From the human T2T-CHM13v2.0 reference genome, Homo sapiens: a DNA stretch of 64,000 nucleotides. This document shows, one piece after another, positions 1 through 12,826 of the stretch. The stretch lies in assembly GCF_009914755.1 (NCBI RefSeq), contig NC_060932.1; one strand, given 5' to 3'. The notes under the pieces are model-generated. The model searched no databases. It saw only the letters and a list, made by a program, of their open reading frames with translations, and was not told the DNA's origin. Position 1 is the first letter of the stretch; the number at the start of each line of letters is the position of its first letter. The translations under genes and the position numbers were made by a program.

Positions 1-151
1 GTATGCCTCCCATGCCCATATGCACATTAATATATTTGTATATGTTTTCTTCTGTTAATCTACCTTTTGTCAGTTGATTTTCAGTGAACCTGTTTTTCTC
101 CCCTACACTACCATTGATTTTCAGCAAAGTTTTCTTTTGCCCCTATACTAC
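1..151 (+). mobile_element. 3' end of an ERV1 LTR (MER34/MER39/MER4-group-like) with a duplicated terminus
   Basis: 'ttctgttaatctaccttttgtcagttgattttcagtgaacc...cccctaca' resembles MER4-group LTR 3' ends and resembles the reverse complement of 3634-3740. Confidence 0.55.
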
Positions 152-999
152 TGAGGAAAATAATCAGAAACACATAAAAGTTACTTCATATTTATTTATA
201 AACTTAATATAAAATGTGTATCTCCAGAAATAAAAAAATGGCTGAATAAGTTACACTAAAACCATATAGTGGAACTGTTGAAAATAAGTATTTAAAATTT
301 TTTTGAGGTCACCAGAAAATGTATATAATATGCAAGTAAGTAAAAAATATGGAACATAAAACTAAGTGCGCAGAGTGATAATTATTTACAGATAGAGATA
401 CAGATATAGATGTATATCTATCTAAGTAAAGAATTAAAAAAATAAACAGAAGGAAACATATCCAACTATTTAGAGTTTTTATCGCTAGAATGTAGATCAT
501 TTACTTTAAAAACATTTTTCCACAATATGTGTTTTTAAATTTTTAATTGAAAACATTGTATCCACACCATTAAATAATGTTACCAGAAAATTAATTATGT
601 CATATAAGAAGATATTTTTAATTTATAATAGACAAGATAGCTCAATGCTGCTTTTATTTATTCTTTTTTCCCCAAAATTAATAGTGTTACTAGAGACCAA
701 ACACCTTCTCAGCCTCAGGGACAGCCCTTGAAACTAATATATTGCCTGCTAGTCTGGTGTTCTGTGTTTTCAACAAATGTAGACCAAATAATATATTTGA
801 TGAGATTGTTCGCAACTCATGGGTTAGGTTACTGTCGTATCCATCTTTGTACCCCTATTTATTGCTCAATATAGGAGTCAGCAAATTTCTAATAAACATA
901 AATTGTCAGGGATGGGACTAAGTTTTTTTTTCTCTCTTTTGAATTTCTTCTTATACAGCTAACATAGTCCTTTGTATAGAGAAATAATCAAAAACTATA

Positions 1000-1367
1000 C
1001 TTATTTGTGGGAGCTAAAAATTAAGTCCATGGAACTCATAGAGATACACAGCAGACTGATGGTTACCAGAGGCTGGAAAGGGTAGTGGGGGTGGGGTGGA
1101 GAAGTGGAATTGTTAATGGGTACAAAAAATAGAAAGAATGAATGAGACCTAGTATTTGATGGCACAACAGGGTGATTATAGTCAATAATAATTTAATTTT
1201 ACATTATAGAATAACTAAAAGACTATAATTGAATTGTTTATAACACAAAGAATAAAAACTTAAGGCAATGGATACACCATTTACCATGATGTCATTATCA
1301 AAATATCTCATGCACTCTGTAAATATGTACACCTACTATGCACCTACAAAAATTAAAAATTAAAAAG
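1000..1367 (+). mobile_element. L1MA-type LINE-1 3' end
   Basis: 'gatggttaccagaggctggaaagggtagtggggg...gggtacaaaaaatagaaagaatgaatgagacctagtatttg...' ending in an A-rich tail. Confidence 0.85.
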
Positions 1368-1377
1368 AAGGAAACTG

Positions 1378-1726
1378 TTGTCATGTTTCACTTAAGAAGG
1401 GTGTAGTTCTGAGAAATGTGTCTTAGGCAATTGCATCATTGCACAAACATCATATATTTAACTTTCACAAACCTAGATGGAACAGCCTCCTGCCAACTTA
1501 GGCTGTATGGAATAGCAGATCGCTCCTAGGGTATAAACCTGTACAACATGTTACTGTACTGAGTACTGTGGGCTTCGTAACACAATGGTAAGTACTTGAG
1601 TATCTAAACATATCTAAATATAGCATAGAAAAAGCACTGTAAAAATAGTTTTATAATCTTATGGGACCACAGTCATATATACAGTCTGCCATTGATGAAA
1701 ACGTCATTATGCAGCACATGACTGTA
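1378..1726. mobile_element. Tigger3a (MER7A) non-autonomous TcMar-Tigger DNA transposon
   Basis: 'gttctgagaaatgtgtcttaggc...acaaacctagatgg...cttatgggaccac...cattatgcagcacatgactgta' follows the recalled consensus end to end. Confidence 0.85.
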
Positions 1727-1984
1727 GTTGCTAGATTAATGTGAGTTAAAGCTTAACATCATATTCATGCAAAACTAAATGCCACCCAACCTGTGATATT
1801 TACACAGAAAGTTAAAATCAGCATCAAAGATAGGCGTGCTGTGATGGGAGCTTGCTGCTCTGTTGGGTGGGTGCTGTAGGGTAAACCACAAGCTTTTTGT
1901 ACTCAGAAAATAGCACTTTGACTGTTTTACCCCTTAGGGAATCTCTAATTTAATAAGGAGTTCTCAGTAAATACTAAATCAATT

Positions 1985-2027
1985 TATCTACCTATGTGTC
2001 TATCTATCTATCTATTTATCTATCTAT
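1985..2027. repeat. Imperfect (TCTA)n microsatellite
   Basis: tctatctatctatctatttatctatctat. Confidence 0.8.
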
Positions 2028-2335
2028 TGTTATTTATTTCCCAAAGATGACCAGGCATTTCTTAGGTTTTTATCTGGAAGCAGATGGTGAGAGAATGAAT
2101 CAATTCTTTAAGAGGAAGAGCAATAATTCAATGAGAAAAAGGAAAGAATTCTCTGTAGTCCTAAACACCTGGTCAGAAATGGATGTAATGGGGGAAAAAA
2201 AGAGTGCAGGCGTATGCAGGCCCAGGGACAACTCTGTGCTTTAGGGCTCTTGTTTTGAGTGTGAATGTGGTGAACTGGCAGAGAGGAGAGGCTGGTCCAG
2301 GCTCTTCATACTCTGTGTAAAATGTAAGACTTAAA

Positions 2336-2651
2336 TACAGTAGGCCCTCATATCTAAGGGTTCTGCATCCACAGAATCAACCAGCCACAGATTGAAACTA
2401 TTCAGAAAATTTAAAAATTCAAAGAATACAAATAAAGATTCAATACAGAATACCAACCATTTATGTGGCATTTATATTGTATTGCATATTGTAAGTAATC
2501 TAGAGATGACTTAAAGTATATGAGAATGTGCATAGGTTATATGCAAATATCATGCCATTGCCAATTTATGGAACAGATTTGTGCATTTGTAGATTTTTTT
2601 GAGGGAGAGGGTCATGAAACAATCTTCCTTCAATACCAAGGGATGAGTGTA
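2336..2651. mobile_element. MER2 (TcMar-Tigger) DNA transposon
   Basis: Termini 'tacagtaggccctc...' and '...aagggatgagtgta'; core 'taagtaatctagagatgacttaaagtata...gcataggttatatgcaaata'. Confidence 0.8.
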
Positions 2652-2759
2652 GAGAAAACATTTTTAAAAAACAGTAAGAGTGTCTCAGATGTATTATTTA
2701 ACTATTGATTGCCAATTTCTAACATATTATTAAAACTCCATAGAAGACATGTATCATTA

Positions 2760-2830
2760 ACTTCAGAGAGGTTAAGGAACTGAGGCTCAGAGAGGTTAAG
2801 GGATTTGCCAAAGCCACAGTTTGAACGTAG
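2760..2830 (-). mobile_element. MIR core fragment
   Basis: 'gaactgaggctcagagaggttaagggatttgccaaagccacag' is the antisense MIR core. Confidence 0.7.
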
Positions 2831-3479
2831 CCTGTGCTCCTTTGTTTCCCAAAATCTCAAGTCTGGGAGTGAGGATAAGTCTGATAATGGATGAAGCAGC
2901 CAGGGTTGTGAAAGTGAGGAGCACCAGACAGCCCATAGTAGTAGGAGTAAAGCCTTTTTATCCAAAGCCAGATAAATCCACCTAGTCAGCCACTGACACA
3001 ATCACCTGTGTTGCAACATCTCAGAATTTGTTGTGGATTAAATTCAAAGTGGAATGCCTGTTAAAAACACAGATATCTTTCTCTAATGTCTGATGATTAT
3101 AATTTGTGCAGTTTGGGTACATATATTTTTAACTAACTCCCCAACTGGAAAGTGTAAAGAAAACAAATAGGCACAGTTTTCTGAAGTGAGAAGTCTTGTG
3201 AAGAAGACAGACTTTAAAATGCCTGAATTGAATGACATTACTACTTCTTCCATGCACTGCTAGATCATTTTAACCTCTCAGCATCGGTCTCCCATCTGTA
3301 CAAGAGGAAAATAATACTAGTCTACTCTGTTTTGAGAAAAAAAAACGCAGCACTATATATATGATAAGAATTAATGAAAGACACATCATAATTTATATAG
3401 TATTTCTTATAAAATGTATTTTAATCATAAAAAGGTATCCAATGAATCTAAATTGTCATTCTGTAAAACCACAGAGTTA

Positions 3480-4475
3480 TGTCCATAAAACAAAATTAAA
3501 ATCATAAAAGACAACAAAAATCTTTGAATCGTTCCAGATTTAAAGGAGTATAAAATACATGCCAATAGGATACTTTGTGTCATCCTGGGTCGGAAATTCA
3601 ACTAGGAAAAAAGTGCTATCAAAGAAATTTAGATGTGGATGGGAAAGCATCACCTCTGCCCTTGGAAAGTTCATTGTTAAAATGAACTGACAATAGATAG
3701 ACTAGGAAGAGAAAAAGCATACAAGTGTATTAACATGCACAGGGACTTGGGAATCCCACAAATACGAGACTCCAAAGAGGGCCAGATAATTGAGGCTCAA
3801 TCGTCCCCTTTCAAAGGGGAGAAGGAGGTGGGAGACTGTTGGCATTTTAGATTGGTAGTACAGAATTTTATGGAAAATAAATGGGCCCAGGAGGCAGACA
3901 TTATCCTGCACATGATTCTCTTAAGAAGCTTAATGGGAACAGGAAATTATTAGAAGGTAAGAGGTGAAACTGCATTGGGAATAAAAGTTGTCTTGTTGTG
4001 TAGATAAAGTATCCCGGGTAATTTCTGGAAGCGGCCCTCAGAAGAATACATGAAAAGTCTGTCTGGCACAGTGATGACTTTTAGTCTCTTCTCGTCATAG
4101 TCGCTGGTTTCAACTTTTTTGGTTATTTGATGAGACTCTTAGAGAAGAGTTCTAAAGACAATTGTATTTCTTTTGGAAAGAAATCTCCTTAGTCAGATAG
4201 GGAAACTCCAGACAAAGTCCCTCCCTGTGCTTGTGGGAAGAAGAAATAAGAGAAGGTTGGAAAGTTATTGGTTCTGAGGCAGCTTTTAAGCCCTTCAAAT
4301 TTCTTTAAATTCAGTGTTGACCATGGTAAAATATCATACTTTGCGGTAACATTCTCTGCACCCCAATAGAAAGGAATGGTACAACTGGTGAAATTTGAAT
4401 GTATATCACATTTAAAATTTAATGCTAACTCTGCTAATTTCCTAATTTTGGCATTTGTTCTGCAGTTATATAAGT
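3480..4475 (+). mobile_element. Old L1MC/L1ME 3' UTR fragment, split by the LTR at 3634-4368
   Basis: 'gttccagatttaaaggag...catcctgggtcgg' on the left resumes as 'acaactggtgaaatttgaat...ttcctaattttgg...gttatataag' on the right. Confidence 0.55.
3634..4368 (-). mobile_element. Solo ERV1 LTR, MER34/MER39-like
   Basis: The minus strand starts 'tattggggtgcagagaatgttaccgcaaagtatg...gctgcctcagaacc', like MER34/39 5' ends, and ends '...ctttcccatccaca'. Confidence 0.7.
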
Positions 4476-4897
4476 GTGTTAATCAAGTGCAGGTCCCCTC
4501 AGATCTCCCTTCAAGGAAAGACTTGCTGCCCAGTCAGCAAGCAGACACCTCTAGTTATCAGCTTCTTCAAGCTGTACCTCAGCTGCTTAAAGCCACCTCA
4601 CATAACATGAAGTTGTGTCCTTCTTGGAGAAGTCCAAATCCAGGGACTCAGACAGTGTGGGGATAAACACCTGTCCATTTAGCCCAAGGTACAGTACTCT
4701 GATGAGCAATCCTTGCACCAGAGCTGCCTGCAGACTGGCCAAGGCTGTCAAGCCAGTCTTTATCACAATTTGACTTTTGCCTCTGTCCAATCTTGCTTCC
4801 TCCCTCTTCCATTCACAGCTGATGATCCCTAATAAATCATGTCTCACACATCAAACTCTGTCTCAATGTTTGCTTCCAGATAACCCAACCTGTAAAC
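4476..4897 (+). mobile_element. LTR16-family ERVL LTR
   Basis: 3' end 'ccctaataaatc...aaactctgtctcaatgtttgcttccagataacccaacctgtaaac' matches the LTR16 terminus and poly(A) signal. Confidence 0.75.
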
Positions 4898-5197
4898 TCA
4901 ATGTGGAACACAGTTTGAGAAAAGAAGTGAGAAGATTCAATTTTGAAGTTGGATCACTCTCCTACAGGCAATGAAGACCACATCACTGATGGTAGGGTGA
5001 ATGTTCTCGTACCTCACAAAGTGGCAGTCCACTTCTTAAAACATCCGCTATGCATGGAGAAAACCATGGTGATAAGGATAATGGACTGGGTAGCCTGTGA
5101 TTGGTGATACAGATGCTCTAGAGAAAGCTGATGCTGAGTAGCAGGTCAATGAAAACCAGGTGTGAAAGTAGCAGCATCTTGGTTGCATTTAAAACAG
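4898..5197 (+). mobile_element. HERV16/ERV3-16A3-like internal 5' region
   Basis: Directly follows the LTR16; 'ttttgaagttggatcactc...ggcaatgaagaccacatcactgatggtagg' matches the recalled start of the internal sequence. Confidence 0.6.
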
Positions 5198-5202
5198 TTT
5201 TA

Positions 5203-6396
5203 TCCTTGCAGTATAGTTTGAAGTGAGGTAGCATGATGCATCCAGCTTTGTTCTTTTTGCTTAGGATTGTCTTGGCTATAGGGGGACTTTAACTTCATAT
5301 GAAACTTAAAATAGTTGTTTTCTAATTCTGTGAAGAATGTCAATGGCGGTTTCATGGGAGTAACATTGAATCTATAAATTACTTTAGGCAATATGTCCAT
5401 TTTCATGATATTGATGCTTCCTATCCATAAAGATGAAATGTTTTTCCATTTGTTTGTGTCCTCTCTTATTTCCTTGAGCAGTGGTTCATAGTTCTTCTTG
5501 AAGAGGTCCCTCACATCCCTTGTTAGCTGTATTCCTGGGTATTTTATTGTCTTTGTAGAAATTGGAATGGGAGTTCATTCATGATTTACCTCTCTGCTTG
5601 CCTATTGCTTGTGTAAAGGAATGCTTGTAATTTTTGCACAATAGATTTTGTATCCTGAGACTTTGCTGAAGTTGCTTATCAGCTCAAGATGTTTTCGGGC
5701 TGAGATGATGGGGTTTTCTAAAAGTAAAATCATGTTGTCTGCAAACAGAGACAACTTGACTTCCTCTCTTCCTATTTGAATACTCTTTATTTCTTTCTCT
5801 TGCTTGATTGCCGTGGCCAGAACTTCCAATACTATGTTGAATAGGAGTGGTGAGACAGGGCATCCTTGTCTTGTACCAGTTTTCAAAGGGAATGCTTCCA
5901 GTTTTTGCACATTCAATATGATATTGGCTGTGGATTTATCATAAATAGCTCTTATTATTTTGAGAAATGTTCCATCAATACCCTAGTTTATTGAGAGTTT
6001 TTAACATGAAGCGATGTTAAATTTTACCAAAAGCCTTTTCTCCATCTATTGAGATAATCATGTGGATTTTGTCTTCGGTTCTGTTTATGTGATCGATTAC
6101 GTTTATTGATTTGTGTATGTTGAACCAGGCTTGCATCCCAGGGATGAAGCCAGCTTGGTCATGGTGGATAAGTTTTCTCATGTGCTGCTGGATTCAGTTT
6201 GCCAGTACTTTATTAAGGATTTTCACATTGATGTTCATCAGGGATATTGGCCTGAAATTTTCTTTTTTTGTTATGTCTCTTCCCAGTTTCGGTATCAGGA
6301 TGATGCTGGCTTCATAAAATGAGTTAAGAAGAAATCGCTCCTTTTCAAATGTTTGGAATAGTTTCAGAAGGAATGGCACTAGCTCCTCTTTGGTAC
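5203..6396 (-). mobile_element. Primate L1 (L1PA/L1PB-type) internal ORF2 reverse-transcriptase fragment, disrupted
   Basis: ORF pieces [53 protein letters not shown] and [15 protein letters not shown] are L1 ORF2p motifs, broken by frameshifts or stops. Confidence 0.95.
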
Positions 6397-7503
6397 CAGG
6401 CTCATGGGGACTCAGCATCATGGGGTGTCTGTCCAGGTCAACCTGATGAGGGGTTTGCATAATTTTGCTTCCTCTTTCATCACTTGCAAAAAGATATAGA
6501 GATAGAGAATGCATAAAATATCTGGATTGGTGGCAAGTGTGAATGAAGGACATTACTTCTTCCATGTTTGGAGAGAAGGGAGGTGAGAGCTATGTCCCTG
6601 GTTCAGCCTGTCAGGTCCCAGTCTTAAAGGATGTGGTGTGATACACGTGACCAGAGTGCAGTTTGCTGCATTTCCATTCACAGGTGTGGCTGAAAATGAA
6701 GTGATGCCTTAATGTTTAATGGCCATTGCTCCTTGTTAATATATTTTCCTTGACAATGAGCCATGACTGGGCCAAGGTGGGATTTAGATATTCTTTGTTT
6801 TGCTTGCTGAAATGTCATATAATAAAACTTTATTCCCTTCCTCTAATGCATAACTCTTCCATACTCTTAAAGATGCAACACATTTGACATTGAGTCAGGC
6901 AAGCATTTATGTTCTTGGAGAAGTTGGGTGTTCAAAGGTTGTGGCTGCAGAGATTCAGAGAGCTTTAGTTTATACTCCCCCAAGAGCTGCATGTTAATTA
7001 TGTAAAGACACTCCCAGCCTCAAACCCAACACCCAACCTCAAAATGACCATTATTAGGCAGAGTTTAGGGGCAGTTAAAGTTGCTTAAGAGATTGCTGCT
7101 AGGTTGTGGTTTTGCCAGTTTGAAAGCACCAAAACAGCATGGAATCCAAGGTAGGATCTAAAGTTTCTTCATCCATCTGTCGCTAATTAAAAAGAATGCC
7201 AAAGAATATATGGTCATGGAAGTATCAGGAAAGAAAATGAAGGAAAAGGAACATGCTAAATACAGATCTAAATAATACTGTTTTCAGTAAGTGGCTGACA
7301 AATTCTCCAAAGGGGAAGAATAATCTGAAACAAAGACCACCTTGAGTATGTCAGATAGTGCAGTTTTATTCCACTATATGTTTTAATAATATTTTCTTGG
7401 CACCTAGCACAGATGGTATCCTACAGAGACTCACCCACTAGATTGTTATCTGCCTTTCTCTGATTAAACACTAAACAAGTTTGTAAGGCCTGTGGATTAG
7501 CTA

Positions 7504-8022
7504 TGTTTTCTTATTTTTACATTTTTGATGCTCTAGCATTTGGGCCCTTTAAATGCCTAGGGAACCACTTCTCTGGAGGTTAACTAATTCCTGGAAACGA
7601 CAAACAACTTGCCTGCCACCACACATTTGATAAGCAAACCAACCAATCCAGAGGCCATACTTCTCACCAGTCTCCTTTTATCAGACTAGTACAGTCCATG
7701 GCACTATTCCCTGCCCTACTCACCACCCATATAGCCCACAGCCCATCAAAATTTTTCAAACTTTCTGATCATAAGTTTCTACTCTTCATAATTGAACCTT
7801 GCCTGCCCGTTTCTTTCCTGTGAAAACTGTGAGAAGATTCCAGCCAACTCATAGTTCTTTCTTCTGTCTGCCAGGTCATCTCTGTTGGGTGCTTCTCTAG
7901 GTGGCTCTGAGTAGCATGCTTCTTAGAATTTAGAAAAATAATTCCTTCTTCATGGAAATCAGTTTAGTGTCTGTGTGTCTTATGGTACCTGCTCAAATAA
8001 AGTCCTGTTACATTTTTAGACC
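7504..8022 (+). mobile_element. MER74-family ERVL LTR
   Basis: 'ctaattcctggaaacgacaaacaacttgcctg...aagcaaaccaaccaatccagag' and the end 'aataaagtcctgttacatttttagacca'. Confidence 0.7.
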
Positions 8023-8555
8023 AGTCAGATTTCAAAAATAAGTAGATAAATAGGCCAAAGCATAATATAATTTAGAAATAGAGGAATGGTATCTAAATAG
8101 ACATTTCTGGTTGGACTATACAATATTTTAGAAACTCACTTTTTCTGTGTATCTCTTTATTTCATTTAAGAAGTATTCATTCATCAGTAGGATAGTAGCC
8201 TTTACAAGGTAATGACTAACTATGTAGAAATGGTCACAGATCCAGAGTAGGATATAGAGGATACCACTGATTGGCCCAATAAAAAGATTAGATTTAAGAG
8301 CTAGAAATAGAGAATGCAAACATGTGTAATAACTTACAAACAACATCCTGAGCAAAAATAACCAACATAGGAATCTTTTACTAACACCCATAACTACCAG
8401 ACGTTTTCATCTTTATCTAATCTTCATCTAATCTGCCAGAGTATTTTGAGCATATCTCTTTATGGCATTTATGAACCTTTTATCCACTATGGCACCTACT
8501 AGTATGAAGATCTTGTGGCATCTGCAACATAAAAAGTTCTTACAGGGTCAAGAGA

Positions 8556-8768
8556 CAACATGGTACACTGGAAAATGCACATAAATCCAGGTGGGAATGA
8601 CGGTTCCATTACTTACTGGCTCTGTAGTGCTGAGTAAATTACTAAATTGTGTTTGCCTTCAATTTTCTTCTTCGTTAAATGGAGAAATATCTCTTTCCAT
8701 AGCTTACTGGAAAGATTAGATAAGAAAATACATGTAAAATGCATGAGACACAGCAGGCGCACTAGAAA
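8556..8768 (+). mobile_element. MIR
   Basis: 'ttacttactggctctgtagtgctgagtaaattactaaa...aaatggagaaat...catgtaaaatgc'. Confidence 0.65.
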
Positions 8769-9069
8769 CTTTCTTCTTTTCACTTTCTAGGAACCTTAGC
8801 CATGGGTTGAACATTCTGCTTATTAGAGGTCTTTAGTAAAGGTTATTTCATACACTCATCATTATACATACAAAAACACTAAATTTACATTCATCTATAG
8901 ATTTATAGGCAGAAGTGGAGGATATTAAATTAATTTCATAGTACATTACTGCAATGTTAAATGCTTTACAGAAAAAAGTTGATAATATGTAAATAAATAA
9001 ATAAGAAATGCACATGCTGATACACCATACAGCAGGGTAAAGTGTACGATGTGAGAGCTCACACTCACT

Positions 9070-9270
9070 GAATAGTTTTGCAGAGCCCAGCACTGTGCTG
9101 AAAACACATTTTGTGTATTTACGTCATTCTGAAGCATATGCTGTCATTGTTTAACTCTTCTTAGTTGAGGATGCTGAAGAGCAGAAAAATTAAGCAACTT
9201 TCTCAAGACCAGCTAATAATTTTTTAAGGAAATACTTAAAGCCAGTCATTATGGCTTCAGAATCTCTAAA
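9070..9270 (-). mobile_element. MIR
   Basis: 'cagcactgtgctg...gaggatgctgaagagcagaaaaattaagcaactttctcaagac'. Confidence 0.55.
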
Positions 9271-9559
9271 TCTTCCCTCAGTTTATGTCTATGCTATGCT
9301 CTCCTATATTCTGTGAATTCATGTTTTGTATATGTATGTGTTAAATATGAAAACATTGATTAATCCAACAGATATTTATGGAAATCCATTCATTCTGAGC
9401 TTCTGCCATACACTTGCTTTGCTGCTAGGGAACATGTTTTAGTCCCACAGGACTTTGCGAGGCCTGCAGAAACCTGTCTCCTTCCTCTCCCAATTTAAGA
9501 GTATGTTTTGGCTTTTAATTTTAATACAATTTAATTTATTATTATTATTTTTGATTAGT

Positions 9560-10420
9560 ACTTTTCGTGCAGCCAGTTAAAACCATAGTCTGTCTACTTT
9601 GTAGCAATGAAGATATTATCCTATGTTGTTTTCTTTTCCCTTTCACATAAAAGTCCCATTCATTCCAAATTGACTTAGCACCCTTCAACAGAAAGTTCGC
9701 GCTTTCCCACTGCATTGTAGTTTCACCTTTATCCAAGAGCAGTTGCTTTTATATACACAAGCATCTGTTTTCAAATTGTCTATTTTATTTCATGGATATA
9801 TCTTTATCTACCTTCATATCATACTACATGGTTTAAATTGCTATTGCTTTAGAACAAATTGTGATATCTGGTAGTATGAGTCCTTCAGCAACTTTTTTTC
9901 TTTAAGATTCTCTTTGTTATTCCTTGTTATTTGCATTTTCTTTCACATAAAATTTAGAAGGAGTTTGTCAATTTTCACATATGTACACAGACACAAATGC
10001 ACCCAGATGCACACCCACACACACATACACCAATAAATATGCTGAGATATTGATTGGGGTATATTTAATGCACAAACATGGGAAAATTGATATCTTTACA
10101 GTATTGGGTGTTCCATATAAAAGAGAATCTCATAGATATAAATGTTATAGAGAGTTTGTAGAGTTGTCACTATTCTGGATAAATACACACACACAGAGAC
10201 ACACGTATGAATGTACTGTTGTATGCTTTTGTACCTGTACACATTTTTAATGTAGTGTTATAGCACTTATTTCCTTAGATTCTTTCTTTAGATTTAGCTT
10301 TAGAAACTTGGTAGCTTTTATTCTATTTTAAGTCATATTGTTTTTAGCATTACAATTTCTGTTATATACACACACACACACAGAGTTGTTATTGTTGGCT
10401 TTATATTTAGCAACCTCATT
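9560..10420 (-). mobile_element. Old L1M ORF2 3' fragment with CA-rich insertions
   Basis: 'tgatatctggtagtatgagtccttc...ttcacataaaatttagaaggagtttgtcaa...gggaaaattgatatctttacagtattg'. Confidence 0.65.
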
Positions 10421-10779
10421 AGCAAACATTCTTGAACACCTGTTCTATGATCATTGCTAGGACTGAGGATATAAAATGTGCAGTTTGTATCCCTATTCAT
10501 TGAAGAGCTCACAGTTGAGATGGAGAGATTCTTCGCATGAGCAAAGACTGAAGGAGCCCTGGGAAGGAGCTACTTACTGAATTGCAGGAGTGCTGTATTC
10601 AGGCAACTGACAAGAAGTTAATGGCATATTTCAGTTTCATTATAGCTAGGGAGGTATGTCTGGATTTTTCATATACTCCCTGTCTCCTTTCCCATTTGGA
10701 CTATTTTTGAACCTCAAATCCAGCGAAAATTGATGATGAGTGCCGCCTTTGTGTTAATGCTTTATTTCACTATGTTTTT

Positions 10780-11232
10780 ACACAGAATGAAAGCTTATGA
10801 AAGGCAGGGAATAATTTCTTTTGTTTACTGCCAATTTCTAGAGCCTAGAAGAGCAATGTAGCAAGATAGATGCTCAAAAAATATTTATCTTTACTTATCA
10901 TATACTGGCTATTTGTCTTTCCTTAAAACTAATCTTTCTTATCCTTCCATGTTCGGCTCCAGTGTCACCTCTCCATAAAATCTTACTCTATGTCCAGCAA
11001 CTTGATTTGAGAATTATATATTTTGTCCTATTACTATATCCTCAGTTATGGCAGTTTACATGCTATATTAAAACAAAAAAATGTATAAAATATCTCCATC
11101 TCTTGTACCATTGTCAGAAGAGATGCTGCTTTATTTATATTAAATTCCTACCTGCCTAAATTGGTATCTGATCCATAGCATTTTTTTCCATGAAAGAGAA
11201 CATAAATGAAAGAATGAATAAATGAATGAATG
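10780..11232 (+). mobile_element. Two degenerate L2 3' ends
   Basis: 'aagcttatgaaaggcagggaat...gagcctagaagag...tagatgctcaaaaaatattt' and a (GAAT)n-like tail near 11205-11230. Confidence 0.55.
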
Positions 11233-11740
11233 GAAAACATTAAATTCAAGTCACACAACTAGTGAGGAACAGAACTAAGAAGAAAGCCCATGGCAGTTGG
11301 CTAATATTAGCCCAGTTAGTTGACCGCCAGTCAGGTTCATATAGGAATTCAGAAATTTTCTTAACTAATCCTCCCCTAGAATCATCCCCCACCAGAGTTC
11401 ATTCGGTTACTGGTGAACTATTTACACTAGTTTCACACCAGGTTGCAGAAGAATCAGATCGATGACTGATCACGTGTAGGTGATTGCATAAACCTTGTTC
11501 TTGGATCAGACAGAGGTTCCTGATCCCTGACTGTTTACTCACAATGGAGACATGGGCTAGGTAATGTAGGAACTATAAAAACAACAACATAAAATAATTA
11601 CTTTTACCACAGGTAATGACATTGTGATTAACATTTGCCCAAAATAATCTTCTTCACTTCCCATAACCACACTGTGAAGTAATGGATTGAAGTTCTTGAC
11701 TCCAGGATATGGATCTGAGGATAGTAAGAGGAAACACTGG

Positions 11741-12027
<287 letters not shown>

Positions 12028-12169
12028 GAGGAAATACTGAACTCTTGAGACTGACCTTCTAGAGGTCACAGTTCAAAGACAGATACTATGCCTTATCCAT
12101 TCTCCCATTGCAGAAAGATCTTGACAAACACTAATGCAGTGTTAGCATGAAAAATAAATGCATAAACAC

Positions 12170-12410
12170 AGGATTCAGAGTCATTCAATCAAACTAACTC
12201 TTGAACCCAGGCTCTTTAACTTCTTAGAATTAGATCTTAGATAAGTATGCTAATACACAGAAGTCTCTGTTGCTCTAAGAAATGGAGTTAAGCAGATGTC
12301 TTACACATAGGATTCTTAAAAGGAGTAAAAACTGCTTAGTTATACAGAAAATCTAGCACTGAACCTGTATCCTAATCTGTAATCATGAAGTGCAGCTGTT
12401 AGGATTATTT
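12170..12410 (+). mobile_element. MIR (degenerate)
   Basis: 'ttgaacccaggctct...cttagataagtatgctaa...aaatggag...cataggattctt'. Confidence 0.5.
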
Positions 12411-12497
12411 ATTAGGACTACAATTCATTAATGACTTTTGTGTTCTTTTTCTACTTCTTTCATGCTGGCCTTGCCTCTGTCCTTTCTTCACCCCCAA

Positions 12498-12826
12498 ACT
12501 CATTCCTGCTTCACAGGCTTTAAACTGCCATCCTCTTGCCAAACCTGCCCTCCATGTTTGTGCATGGATGCCTGCTTCTCACAGCTCAGGTCTCAACTCA
12601 AATGTCACTGAGTCTAAGAGGCCCTTCCTGGTCACGCCACATACAGAAACTCCTCCTTCTCTTTATTCAATTATTCTATTTTATGTTTTAGTATACTTGC
12701 AGTTCTATTTCTTTATGTGCATGTTTATTTTCTGCTTTATCACAAAAGAATTTAAGAGACTTAAAGGTCAATATTCTCCCTTGTTCTATAATGTATCACC
12801 AGTGCTAAGAACAGTACCTGGCGTAC
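12498..12826 (+). mobile_element. L2 3' region
   Basis: 'tcaggtctcaactcaaatgtcac...gaggcccttcctg...tgtatcaccagtgctaagaacagtacctggcgta'. Confidence 0.75.

Noticed and set aside
1-4368. Two related ERV1 LTR pieces as the ends of one provirus
   Set aside because: They are in opposite orientations and there is no retroviral internal sequence between them.
5200-6565. ORFs with reverse-transcriptase motifs as a functional RT gene
   Set aside because: These are fragmented L1 ORF2 with frameshifts; the catalytic FADD reads FADN and there is no intact ORF.
6397-6800. Possible further LTR/ERVL sequence to the right of the L1 fragment
   Set aside because: It looks repeat-like, but I could not match it to a family with confidence, so it is left unannotated.
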